A stretch of 64,000 nt of DNA from an uncultured Agathobaculum sp. (GTDB lineage Bacteria > Bacillota > Clostridia > Oscillospirales > Butyricicoccaceae), in NCBI GenBank assembly GCA_944384735.1, contig CALWUN010000001.1:30464-94463 (forward strand), written 5' to 3'. The position numbers were made by a program, and so were the translations under genes. Each line of letters begins with the position of its first letter. Positions within the stretch are counted from its first letter, which is position 1. This document shows, in pieces, positions 27,765 through 37,200 of the stretch. The notes beneath the pieces are model-generated. The model was not told where the DNA came from, ran no database searches, and was given only the letters and a program-made list of their open reading frames with translations.

Positions 27765-29879
27765 TCAATGGGCGAGTGACGTGTTGATTTCAAGCGTCAG
27801 CCTGCCCAAATGGCACAGGCTGCTTTCCCCGAGCACGATATCCGCGCCCTGCATGACCGCATCCGCGCCCGGCGCCGGGTGCATGCTCAGCAGGTAGACG
27901 CCGTCAACGCAGGGCTGTGTCTCCAGCTTGCGGTACAGCTCGGTGAAATGGATGGTCTCCCCGAACGTATGCTCGGTCGTGATGTAATCCAGCTCCCGGC
28001 GCAGCATCTCCTCGATCTCCGTGCGGGCGTTTTCATAGTACTTGCGCACATGCACCACCGCCGTCACGTCGACCGGCACATATTGCGGCTCGCGCAGCTC
28101 GACCCGCGTGGAAATCATACGGTATTGCTCCACCCGCTGCATGATCTGTTGCAGGTAGCAGGCCGGCAGTGCGGGCCTGTCATCTTCAGTATAGCACTTT
28201 ACGGTGATGCGCACAAGATTTTGCTGCTCATTCGCCACCGCCCGCACCTTATGGATGCACAGCCCGGGCGTAGTGCGCACCGCCTGTTCATAATCCGCCT
28301 CGCTGACCGCGCTGCCGCGGCGCCGCAGCGCGTCGACCAGACGGCGGCGCAGCTGTTCGGTGGTCTCTGCAGAACGCCCGCCAACACCATGGCCGGGCGC
28401 GGTATAAAACACGCGGGGTGGCTCATCCGGGAAATATGGGTCTGGCGCCGCGCTCAGGCGCGCGCCGCTGCGCAGATTGCCCCCTGCGCCCGCAGTGGTC
28501 ACCGCATCGCACAGGTACAGCCGCACCGCGCTGCCCAAGCCGTTGTGCCGGATGCGCAGCATGCCATCTGCCGCGCCGATCTCATAACGCAGGCTGTCCT
28601 CGCGCCGGTCGTCCGGCTCGATGCGGTAGTAGCCGGTCTGCCCGTCGGGTAGCTGCATCTCGGCCAGCACGCTGAACCCCTCCGGCAGCAGCGGCCGCAA
28701 ATCGTCCATCTCGATCTGCTGGTCCTCATATCCAAAAGCGGTGCCGATCAGGCGGCGATGCAGCGTATTCAGGTCATAGCACACCGCACAGACCGCATCC
28801 GCGCCATCATCCGGGCCAAACCGGAAGAAATCACGGTCGAAGCGCAGCACGACCGTGCCATCCGGCTCGTCCTGCCGCAGAAAGAAGCGGCCTTCCAGTG
28901 TGCCGTCGCCCTGCTCATACCGGAAGTATGGGCCGTCCGGCTGCTCGCGGCAAAAAACAAACAGGTTTTCAAAGCGCGTCATTGCGCTGCGGATGCGGAT
29001 CTCGTCCGCACCGGCAAACCGGAACGACGCGGCATGGGTATCGCGCTGCGTGACCTCGAACAGGCCTCCCACCATCTGCGTCACCCGCGGCGCGATATCG
29101 TACTCCGCCTGCTCCAACACGCAGCGCACAGCCGTTCCATGCACCGCCAGGCCGTCCCACACGGCGGGCTGCGCCGCGCCGAGCGTCAGGTGCAGGCCGC
29201 CGCTGATCAGAAAGCCGTGCGTCTCGTCGGTGCAATCCGCTGCCGCCCAGCCGTCCCCCGTGTAATATTCCCAGCGCATGCGCGCAAAGGAAAGGTCGTC
29301 CTCCGCAGCAAAGGGGTTCCGCCACCCCTCGTTCTGGATGCCGACATAAAAATGCAGCGTCATCCCTGCCTCGATGGGGCCGGACAGCACAAAATACAGC
29401 TCGCACCCCGCCTGCGGCGCCGCCCCAAACACCTGCACCGCGGCATGCGCCGCGTATTGCAGCGGATAGGTGATATCGCGCGTTTCCTCCCCGCAGCGGC
29501 GGAATACCGCTGCGATCGACCACGGCACCAGCGTCGTCTGCTGTTCCGGCTCAAAGCACAGGCTGCCGAGCAGTAGCTTTTCCTGCGCGGGCAGCGTGCG
29601 TCCGCCGCCATCCTCAGGGGAAACCAGCAGGCGCGCCGCACGGAGCGTGGACGGAAAGAACCCCAGCAGGCCGAGCAGCTTTTCCCGCAGTTCATCCGTC
29701 ACCTCATCCAGCAGGCTTTGCTGCAGCAGGGAAAAGGAAGACAGGTTTTGCAAGATCGTAATGCCCGGGTCGGAGACATTGAAATTCGTCCACTCGTTGG
29801 TATACAGCGGGATACGGGTCAGCGCCTCGCTGAGCAGCTGCTCATAATCCTGATCGTTGAGTTTGATACTGTGCAGCAT
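27765..29879 (-). CDS. CIS baseplate J-like protein (Afp11/12 class)
   Basis: LNDQDYEQL...RIP...EWTNFNVSDPGITIL N-terminus; GGRSAET...AVSEADYE C-terminal J motif. Confidence 0.85.
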   Translation of the reverse strand: MLHSIKLNDQDYEQLLSEALTRIPLYTNEWTNFNVSDPGITILQNLSSFSLLQQSLLDEVTDELREKLLGLLGFFPSTLRAARLLVSPEDGGGRTLPAQEKLLLGSLCFEPEQQTTLVPWSIAAVFRRCGEETRDITYPLQYAAHAAVQVFGAAPQAGCELYFVLSGPIEAGMTLHFYVGIQNEGWRNPFAAEDDLSFARMRWEYYTGDGWAAADCTDETHGFLISGGLHLTLGAAQPAVWDGLAVHGTAVRCVLEQAEYDIAPRVTQMVGGLFEVTQRDTHAASFRFAGADEIRIRSAMTRFENLFVFCREQPDGPYFRYEQGDGTLEGRFFLRQDEPDGTVVLRFDRDFFRFGPDDGADAVCAVCYDLNTLHRRLIGTAFGYEDQQIEMDDLRPLLPEGFSVLAEMQLPDGQTGYYRIEPDDRREDSLRYEIGAADGMLRIRHNGLGSAVRLYLCDAVTTAGAGGNLRSGARLSAAPDPYFPDEPPRVFYTAPGHGVGGRSAETTEQLRRRLVDALRRRGSAVSEADYEQAVRTTPGLCIHKVRAVANEQQNLVRITVKCYTEDDRPALPACYLQQIMQRVEQYRMISTRVELREPQYVPVDVTAVVHVRKYYENARTEIEEMLRRELDYITTEHTFGETIHFTELYRKLETQPCVDGVYLLSMHPAPGADAVMQGADIVLGESSLCHLGRLTLEINTSLAH

Positions 29880-29923
29880 GGGATACCTCCGTCTGCGCGA
29901 AATGGTGGTCTAAATGCGGGCCG

Positions 29924-32900
29924 TCAGCCGACAAAGGTGACGTGTACCCGGTGCTGGCCGTTGACGCCGATCATAAAGGGTGTGCGCGGCAGCTCGGACA
30001 GGCTGCACGCATGCACGCCGTCGTGCTCCACGCGGCGCGCACTGACGCAAAACCGGCGGATGACCCCGTCGATCTTTGCTGTGCGCAGCTGCATACCGAT
30101 CCAGCGCTCGTCCGGCAGTTCACCGATGTCCCAGCCCGGCGTGCCGAGCGGGTCCAGCAGCTCCCGGATACGCGCGGTCAGCGTGCGCTGGATCTGGAAA
30201 GCCATATCCTGATGGGTCGTCTCGACCCAAGCGTCGATCGAAAGCTCGATATACATCGGCTCGGTCAGGTACAAGTCGTCCGGCGCGACCGTCGCCTCGC
30301 AATGCGACAGCAAAAACGCGCCGAGCGGCTTTTTGAGGTTGTTAAACGAATAGGAGCCGGCCTGATAGTCCTGCATCATCACCACGACCGACACCAGCCT
30401 GCCGTCGCGCCGTCCGCTGGGCGCGCAGCCCGAAATGCACTTGACCTTGGCGATGACCGCCGAATAGGCCTGCACCGCGCGTTGGAAATCCAGCGGGCTG
30501 ACCAGACGGTTTTGCGCGCTGATCAAATTGGTGCCGCGCAGCCGGGCGCTCTCCACACTTTCGATGTTGCTGCCCGCGCTCGTCGCCACCGGGTTATACA
30601 CCCGGTCAATGTACATCATGTTGCCATAGGTGCGGTTGACCGCGCCCGCCGGCAGATTGCCCTGCATGCCCTCGCAGCGCATGACGCGCGCGGTCACGGC
30701 AACGTCGTCCTGCGCGCGCGGGATACGCACCCGCACGCCGTCGCCAAAGCGCAGCAGGCCGAGCATGCGGTCGATCAGGTAGTGGCGGTCCTCCGGCGTG
30801 GAGCCGTCGAAGCTGTCGACCTCGGTCCAGCGCACAAAAAACGCGCTGATCTCACCGATCAGGTTGTATTCCACGCGCACGTTCTCGGGCTGTGCGGCAA
30901 GCATGTCGCGCATTTCAAGCTGTGTCAGCGAGCCAAACTCGTTGACAAACACCTCTGCCGACAGGATATTGTCCGATTCAAGCGAAAAAGCCATATTGGG
31001 CACGGCGTGCTCGATATAAAACTGCTTTTCGGGCAGCGTCTCGATATTGCGCACCTCGACCGCGTTGGTCAGCAGGCTGCGGATAACCGCCCGGTAGCGG
31101 TCTTCCCGGTCGAACGCACCGGTTTCATCGGTCAGGCGCAGCCAGAACCGGCGGTGCCCCTCGACCGGGATCGGAGCGAAATCATGCGGCGGATAAAACT
31201 GCACGATGCCCGCCTGCCGCATGGCGCGCGTGCCGTCCACCACGCGCAGGCGCTTGAAGCCCGCCGCCGTGGAGTAATAAAACTGGATCGGCTCGCTCTC
31301 AAAATGTACGTTTTCTTCGATATCGAAAAACAGGCTGACGGGCGACCCGCCAAACGGCCGGTCAAACCCGAGCAGCAGCGAATTATCATAATACGGCAGC
31401 GCCGCAAATGCGGTAAACGTCTGCCGGCTGTGCACCAGACGGGTCACGTCCTCGCGCAGTGTGCCGCAAATGCGCTCGACCCGCTGCGGCAGGCGGCGGA
31501 AGCCGGTATACCGGTAGCGCAGCCGCACATGCTGCATGCGCGGCATGTGGTGCAGACAGGGCTGCAGGAAGCAGTTGTCGGCCTGCATCACACGCAGGCG
31601 GATCATACGCCCCTCAATACCGCCGATGACGCTGGGCTGCCAATCGTCCGGGCAGTCAAAGCGGATGACGACATCGCCATCCCGCGAACCGTCAAACAGC
31701 GTCTGCCAGTCGGCCGAAACCGGCAGGCGGTACCAGCCGCGGCCATTGAAATATTCGATCGCCATGCGCTGCACGCGCGTATCCGCACGCCCGATCTGGG
31801 TCGGCCGTGGGCGGCGCTTGATGACCTTGAGCGCCTCCTCCTCCTGCGCGGGCAGCAGGTCGACCAGCTTATCCTCGTAATCGAGCGTAAAGGTCAGCTC
31901 CACCTCGGCGCCCTGCTGGCGGAATATGCGGTCGTGGCTGATGTAGCATTCGTCAAAAATCGACGCCGTCTGCCCGAACGGCAGGCAGCTGCCGCTGTCG
32001 AGCTGTTCGTCGTTATGGATGATGCCCTCCGGCGGGGTCGGCTCGCAGGACGAGCTGACCTCCAGCCTGCCAAAATCGACACCGTTCCGCGGCACGCTGC
32101 ACGCCCCCGCGCATAGCACCGCGTATTCCTCCCCGGCAATCTGCACATGCCGGTTCTCCGCGCCGCGCGTCAGCACGACCCCGCCATCCTCGCCCACGCG
32201 GGCGTCGATCGGCTGCAGGCCGTCCTCAGCCAGATAGCTCCAACGGAAGCAGGCCGGGTCGCTCAATCGGTCTGCCAGGCTGTCGCCCGTGACCGGGTCA
32301 TAGGCGTATACCATGATCGACACGCCCTCAGCCGTATCAAACAGGCTGTTATGGTACAGCACGAGCGCGCTGCGCGCGATATTTCCTTCCGAGTAGTCAA
32401 ACAGGCTGATCGGCTTTTCCACCGGCAGGCTCTCTTCCTCCGCCAGTTCCTCCAGCATGGGGATAACGGGCGCTTCGGGCGCGGCTTCCTCCTCCAGCAT
32501 AGGGTTGCGCAACAGCGCCTCGGGCAGCAGCGGCTCAGCCTGCCAGCCGCCTCGCAGCGGCCGGATGCAGCCGTGCGTGCCGGACACGCCGACAATGTCG
32601 GTCAGCACCGCGCCGGTGACAAACACCTCGTTCTGCGTTTCAAAGACAACGCGCGACTCATCCCCGCTCTCAGCCAGCAGCTTGACGCCGCGCGGCACCA
32701 GCACGCCCGAAACCGTGTCGGGGATCATGTCGAACACCGCCACGCCCACCGCCGGGAACGCCGCCTGCAGCGACAGGTCGAGCAGGTTGATAAACTCCGT
32801 ATGGTATTTTTCCACGATCTGGTTAAGCCGCCGGATGTTGCCCGCAAGCTGTGAGGCGAACAGCAGCCCGATGACCGAACCGATGTCCGGGTTTTCCGGA

Positions 32901-33004
32901 TGGAACGCCCATTCTGGCGTGTACGACTGCGCCAGACGTGCAATCTGCTCCCGCAGGTCGCTTTCCGTGCGCGGGTCGATCCGGAAGTCACGTTTCTTGC
33001 TCAT
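29924..33004 (-). CDS. CIS baseplate J-like protein (Afp11/12 class, large)
   Basis: IDPRT...SYTPEW...DIGSVI; LRFGDGVRVRIP; NPVATSAGSNIES...RLVSPLDF; ATG 33004 after GAGGAG. Confidence 0.85.
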   Translation of the reverse strand: MSKKRDFRIDPRTESDLREQIARLAQSYTPEWAFHPENPDIGSVIGLLFASQLAGNIRRLNQIVEKYHTEFINLLDLSLQAAFPAVGVAVFDMIPDTVSGVLVPRGVKLLAESGDESRVVFETQNEVFVTGAVLTDIVGVSGTHGCIRPLRGGWQAEPLLPEALLRNPMLEEEAAPEAPVIPMLEELAEEESLPVEKPISLFDYSEGNIARSALVLYHNSLFDTAEGVSIMVYAYDPVTGDSLADRLSDPACFRWSYLAEDGLQPIDARVGEDGGVVLTRGAENRHVQIAGEEYAVLCAGACSVPRNGVDFGRLEVSSSCEPTPPEGIIHNDEQLDSGSCLPFGQTASIFDECYISHDRIFRQQGAEVELTFTLDYEDKLVDLLPAQEEEALKVIKRRPRPTQIGRADTRVQRMAIEYFNGRGWYRLPVSADWQTLFDGSRDGDVVIRFDCPDDWQPSVIGGIEGRMIRLRVMQADNCFLQPCLHHMPRMQHVRLRYRYTGFRRLPQRVERICGTLREDVTRLVHSRQTFTAFAALPYYDNSLLLGFDRPFGGSPVSLFFDIEENVHFESEPIQFYYSTAAGFKRLRVVDGTRAMRQAGIVQFYPPHDFAPIPVEGHRRFWLRLTDETGAFDREDRYRAVIRSLLTNAVEVRNIETLPEKQFYIEHAVPNMAFSLESDNILSAEVFVNEFGSLTQLEMRDMLAAQPENVRVEYNLIGEISAFFVRWTEVDSFDGSTPEDRHYLIDRMLGLLRFGDGVRVRIPRAQDDVAVTARVMRCEGMQGNLPAGAVNRTYGNMMYIDRVYNPVATSAGSNIESVESARLRGTNLISAQNRLVSPLDFQRAVQAYSAVIAKVKCISGCAPSGRRDGRLVSVVVMMQDYQAGSYSFNNLKKPLGAFLLSHCEATVAPDDLYLTEPMYIELSIDAWVETTHQDMAFQIQRTLTARIRELLDPLGTPGWDIGELPDERWIGMQLRTAKIDGVIRRFCVSARRVEHDGVHACSLSELPRTPFMIGVNGQHRVHVTFVG

Positions 33005-33413
33005 CGCTCTCCTCCTCGGGCTGTACATTCAGGTAAAACGGGAACACCAGATTATCCCGCTGGTTGGTCTGCGCGATGACATAGCTGATGTTGATCAGCA
33101 GACAGCCGTTGCGCACCGTCGGGTCGATGGAGACCGTCACATCCGACAGCCGCGGCTCCTGCTCGAGCAGCACGCTGGTCAGGTCGTTTTTCATCAGGCC
33201 CAGCATGGTCGGCGAGGTATCCATAAAGGAATAGCCGAGCAGGCGCGCGCCGAACTGCGGCTCCAGCCAACGCTCGCCGCGCTGGGTCATCAGGATCAGG
33301 TAGATCGACTCCTTGACACTCTGCTCCCCGGCGGAAATGACAAAACGCCCCGTGCTTTTATCGATCTGCGGCGGGAACTTCATCCCGCTGCCCAAAAACC
33401 GCTCGTTTGCCAT
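32988..33413 (-). CDS. GPW/gp25 family baseplate protein (Afp9-like)
   Basis: FLGSGMKFPP, ILMTQRGER...P.FG, EPRL and NLVFPFYL motifs. Confidence 0.92.
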   Translation of the reverse strand: MANERFLGSGMKFPPQIDKSTGRFVISAGEQSVKESIYLILMTQRGERWLEPQFGARLLGYSFMDTSPTMLGLMKNDLTSVLLEQEPRLSDVTVSIDPTVRNGCLLINISYVIAQTNQRDNLVFPFYLNVQPEEESDEQET

Positions 33414-33437
33414 GCCGCTCTCCTTCCGCCTGCGTGA

Positions 33438-34259
33438 TTATCCAACCTTGATCGGGCTGCCTGAAATCGTGGCAGCGCCGCTGCTTTCCAGTTTCAAAAC
33501 GGACGACGCCTTTTCCGTCACCGTGCTGCCCTCCAGCTTGAGGGAGCCGTCGGTCTTGATGGACGCCATCTTGCTGGCCTCGACCTTGAAATCGTTGGCC
33601 GACAGCTTGACCGTGCCGCTCTCGCCCGCCATATCCAGCTTGATCGTGTCCCCGACCTTGATCGTCAGGCGGCTCTCCGCCTTGATGGTGATGCTGCCCT
33701 GTCCACTTACCGTCGAGATCACGATGGAGTTTTTGCCATCCTTGTCCTTGACCATAATTTTGTCGCCGCCGTTATCCATTTCAATGGTGTGTTCCTTGCC
33801 CGCCGTCTGCACGGTGATCTTGTCCTGCCCGCCCTGCTCATCCTGCGCGTTGTCCTCAAACACAATGGTGCTGCCGTGCTTGGTCACAATGCGCTTGATC
33901 TTGTTTTTGGAGTCGACCGAGCCGGTCAGGAATTTATTGTTGTCCAGCGGCACGCCGCCGAGGACATAGGGTTTTTCAATATTGCCGTTTTCAAAAGCGA
34001 GCAGCACCTGGTCGCCGATCTCCGGCAGGAAGTAGTAGCCCCATTCCTTGCCGGACGCAGGCTGCACCAGCCGCGCCCAATGCAGCTCGTCCGCGCTTTC
34101 ATCCCGCGTCGGGATGCTGACGCAGACACGGCCGCCCATACTCTGGTCATAGTTGCGTGTGACCGTACCGATCATCACGCCGAACACCCGCTCGTCGCCG
34201 GTCTCGGTTTTGGTCACCTGCTTTTGCGTTATATCGTCGATGATATCATAAAGGCTCAT
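33438..34259 (-). CDS. Spike protein (gpV/Gp5 OB-fold plus beta-repeat; C-terminal half of a VgrG/Afp8 equivalent)
   Basis: GTVTRNYD..GRV...WAR...G.YFLPEIGDQVLLAFENG...PYVLG OB-fold motif, followed by beta-strand repeats. Confidence 0.88.
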   Translation of the reverse strand: MSLYDIIDDITQKQVTKTETGDERVFGVMIGTVTRNYDQSMGGRVCVSIPTRDESADELHWARLVQPASGKEWGYYFLPEIGDQVLLAFENGNIEKPYVLGGVPLDNNKFLTGSVDSKNKIKRIVTKHGSTIVFEDNAQDEQGGQDKITVQTAGKEHTIEMDNGGDKIMVKDKDGKNSIVISTVSGQGSITIKAESRLTIKVGDTIKLDMAGESGTVKLSANDFKVEASKMASIKTDGSLKLEGSTVTEKASSVLKLESSGAATISGSPIKVG

Positions 34260-35560
34260 AACAATCCTCCCAAACTGCCGGTGAGCGAAGATGCGCCGCT
34301 GAGCGATGCGCCATATTTGGCGGTCTTGCCGACCAGCCGAGTGGTATATCCGTTCATGCTGCTGAACTGATGGGTCACGGTCGTGATATAAAAGCTGTTA
34401 TCCGCAGGCTCGCCCATGCCCTTGACATCCAGAAACCGGCCGGGGACCAGGTCTGGGATGCCGACGCAGGTCGCTTCGAACGAACCGAGCCGGTAACGCA
34501 TTTTTTCAAACAGCGACGCCACGCGCGCATCCGCGTCCTGTTGGGACTGAATGGACGCATCGATATATACCTTTTGCGCCTTGCTCACCAGCGCGCGCGC
34601 CTTGCTTTCAATGGCCGCATCCTGCGAGAGTTTTTTGCTCGCCTTGACCAGCTTGCCCGTTCCCGCGTCGACCGAGCGCGTCTCGATCTCGCCCACAAGC
34701 CCGCTGACGCTGTACCCGATGTTAAACTCAATGATGCCCGCGCCGACCGCTAACTCGGCCTGCACGGACGTATCCGCCTTGGCCGGGCGGAAGTAAACCG
34801 TATTCCTGTCTGCGAAAAATTCATAATTAAAGCGTTTTGCCGCCTTGACGACAAATTCATAGTCGCTTTCCGCCACCATTTCGATCGTGGTGGCCGACGC
34901 GGACTGCCCGCCGGACATGCCGCCCAGCATCCCGCCGCCGATGCTGCCGCCTAAACCGCCCAACGCACTGCCCGACGCACCGGCGTCCGGCGTGGCCGTC
35001 ACCTTGAGCGACATGTCCTGCATCAGGCTGGAATAGACGCTGCGCGCAAAAATCTGCTCGACCGCTGCGCTGTACGAGGCGGCGGAGATCTGCTGCGAAT
35101 AGCAGCTGGCCATCATCACGCCCTTGATGTCCATGCCGGTCACCTCGATATAGGGCAGCCCGCCCGCGTCATAATGGAAATCCAGCCCGGCAACAAAGCC
35201 GTGGAACACCGTCTCTCCCACACCCAGATAGCCCAGCACGATATCCAGCGTATTGCCGATGCAAACCTGCTGCTTGATCTCGCTGTACTGGAAGGACGAG
35301 GCGCCCTGGTCGTAGCTATTGTAAATGCGGAAACTCGCCACGGACGCTTCAAAATCGCTCGTGACCTCCACATGGATGTCGTCTATCACATAGTTGTTTT
35401 TATTTTGGAACGCCGAGCCGGCAAAAAAGATAGCCGCCTGCGGCGATTCAAACTCCATATAGGTTTTTTTCAGCGTGTCAAACGTCAGCTTGTTGGCCAC
35501 GCCCGACATGCTGCCTACCGCGCCCGAAAGCGCGGAGGTAACGCTGGATAATAAGCTCAT
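34256..35560 (-). CDS. Late control gpD/gp27-like hub protein (N-terminal half of a VgrG/Afp8 equivalent)
   Basis: LGY...VFHG, ESDYEFV..AAKR..YEFF, GIPDLVPG and YITTVTHQFS..GYTT motifs; overlaps the spike gene. Confidence 0.85.
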   Translation of the reverse strand: MSLLSSVTSALSGAVGSMSGVANKLTFDTLKKTYMEFESPQAAIFFAGSAFQNKNNYVIDDIHVEVTSDFEASVASFRIYNSYDQGASSFQYSEIKQQVCIGNTLDIVLGYLGVGETVFHGFVAGLDFHYDAGGLPYIEVTGMDIKGVMMASCYSQQISAASYSAAVEQIFARSVYSSLMQDMSLKVTATPDAGASGSALGGLGGSIGGGMLGGMSGGQSASATTIEMVAESDYEFVVKAAKRFNYEFFADRNTVYFRPAKADTSVQAELAVGAGIIEFNIGYSVSGLVGEIETRSVDAGTGKLVKASKKLSQDAAIESKARALVSKAQKVYIDASIQSQQDADARVASLFEKMRYRLGSFEATCVGIPDLVPGRFLDVKGMGEPADNSFYITTVTHQFSSMNGYTTRLVGKTAKYGASLSGASSLTGSLGGLL

Positions 35561-35576
35561 GCCTGCCCTCCCGCGG

Positions 35577-36350
35577 TCAGAAGCCGGTGATATTCAGCAA
35601 ATTCCCCACCTTCTGCCCGATGCTGCTCTTCTGGTTATCATCGAAGCATTCGTTAAACTTGCTCATATTCCATTTGGTGTCCTCCGCCGAATTGGACAGC
35701 TGCTGGGTAATGCGCAGCGTAACGACGCTGTGGATCGGCTTGCCCGATACCGAAAACATGCCATACTGCACATTAACATCCGTCAACTCGCCCGAGAAGG
35801 ACATATCCGCCCACTGAAAGGTGACAAAGCGGTAGGCCTCCCCCACCGTCGACGCGATCAGGCCGTTGCCCTGCGGCTGCACCGTATACCCGCCCCGCAG
35901 CGCGTTGACCACCGAAGCGGTGTCGGTCACCAGGTCGTTCGCCGACACGCGGAACTTGTCCGCCATAAATGCATCCTTGACATTCACATCGTTGAAAACC
36001 AGATCGACCGTCATCACGATCGACGGCCCGCGGCAGCTCTGGTTGAGCACGCCTTCCTCGAGCGTATTCTGCAGGCCGCGCATCTGGACGGCGTCTACGC
36101 TTGCCGAAAAACGGATGGAGGATGGGTTGTACTGCACCTCCAGATAACGGGAACCTGTCGTATCGAGCAGGCTTTCGTTGGTCAATCCACTGCGGTTGAG
36201 CATGTTCGCGGTCATGGTCGCGATGCTCGTCCCGCCCGACGAGCCAGCAGAAGTCGAGGAAGAACCGCCTGTGCCAAAAATCAACACCGCTTTCTGGATA
36301 TTCCCGGTCAGGCTGCTTCCGATGCCCGACAATGTGCTCATCACCGACAT
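35577..36350 (-). CDS. CIS tube-initiator-like protein (Afp7 class, no LysM seen)
   Basis: VQYNPSS, FQWAD.SFSG.L, MFSVSGKPI motifs; immediately upstream of gpD. Confidence 0.75.
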   Translation of the reverse strand: MSVMSTLSGIGSSLTGNIQKAVLIFGTGGSSSTSAGSSGGTSIATMTANMLNRSGLTNESLLDTTGSRYLEVQYNPSSIRFSASVDAVQMRGLQNTLEEGVLNQSCRGPSIVMTVDLVFNDVNVKDAFMADKFRVSANDLVTDTASVVNALRGGYTVQPQGNGLIASTVGEAYRFVTFQWADMSFSGELTDVNVQYGMFSVSGKPIHSVVTLRITQQLSNSAEDTKWNMSKFNECFDDNQKSSIGQKVGNLLNITGF

Positions 36351-36366
36351 GACGGTACCCCCTTCC

Positions 36367-37173
36367 TCACAAGCTCAGATTCAACAGGTTGCTCACCTTC
36401 TGCCCTGCCGAAGCCAGCGGATGCTTTTGCGTCAGCATGGTTTCAAACTGCGCCTTCCACCGCTGCATATCGGTCGTGTCCAAGTCCTGCCGCAGGCGCA
36501 TCTGCACCTCGGCGCGGATCGGCCGGCCGGATACCGAAAACATCTTATAGGTGGCCTGCAGCTGCCGCAGGCGCCCGGTAAACGAAAAATCCGCCCACTG
36601 GAAGGTCATGGACTGGGTATAAGGGTTGCGTAAGGCACTCAGCAGGCCCTCGACATAGGGCTGCACGGTAAAGGTCGAGCCCGTGGCCATGGTGACCAGA
36701 TTGGTGACGGTCGTAGCCGACGCGCCGGTGGTCATCTTATCAAACATGAACGCATCATAAATGTTCATTTGGTCGAATATCAGCGTGGTCGTCAGCTCGA
36801 CGCGCGGCGCGGAAACCAGATCGCTGATCGTTTTCTGCTGCTCGCTGGTCGTACAAACGTCGCGCAGCTGGGTCGACATGTTGGCCGAGTACATCTGCAG
36901 GGAGGACGGGTTAAACTGCACATAAAAAATCTTATCTGTGCCCATCGACGCGGCTTCGCCTGCCGCATACTCCATGGAGCCAGTCAGCTTGGACAGCGTA
37001 TCCGACAGCGAGCCCAGCCGCTGCTTCTGCACTTCGTCCAGCGACGACAAGCTGTTCAATTGTTTCTTTTCCAGCTCGAGCGCCTTGCCCTTTTCGCGCA
37101 CATCATGCACGACCAGGCATGCCTTATCCGTCAGGCCGGTCATGCTGCTGACCAGATCGCTCCCGATGCCCAT
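36367..37173 (-). CDS. CIS tube-initiator-like protein (Afp7 class), second paralog
   Basis: VQFNPSS, FQWADFSFTG.L, MFSVSGRPIRA motifs. Confidence 0.75.
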   Translation of the reverse strand: MGIGSDLVSSMTGLTDKACLVVHDVREKGKALELEKKQLNSLSSLDEVQKQRLGSLSDTLSKLTGSMEYAAGEAASMGTDKIFYVQFNPSSLQMYSANMSTQLRDVCTTSEQQKTISDLVSAPRVELTTTLIFDQMNIYDAFMFDKMTTGASATTVTNLVTMATGSTFTVQPYVEGLLSALRNPYTQSMTFQWADFSFTGRLRQLQATYKMFSVSGRPIRAEVQMRLRQDLDTTDMQRWKAQFETMLTQKHPLASAGQKVSNLLNLSL

Positions 37174-37200
37174 ATCGTCCGCTCCCCTCTGCCGTTTTCC

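Noticed and set aside
29942-32116. Long plus-strand ORFs (this 724-aa one; also 4906-6537, 41872-43605, 46777-48483, 48110-49903, 55109-56932) and minus-strand 60186-61877
   Set aside because: Antisense shadows of well-supported genes, expected in high-GC DNA; no motifs recognised.
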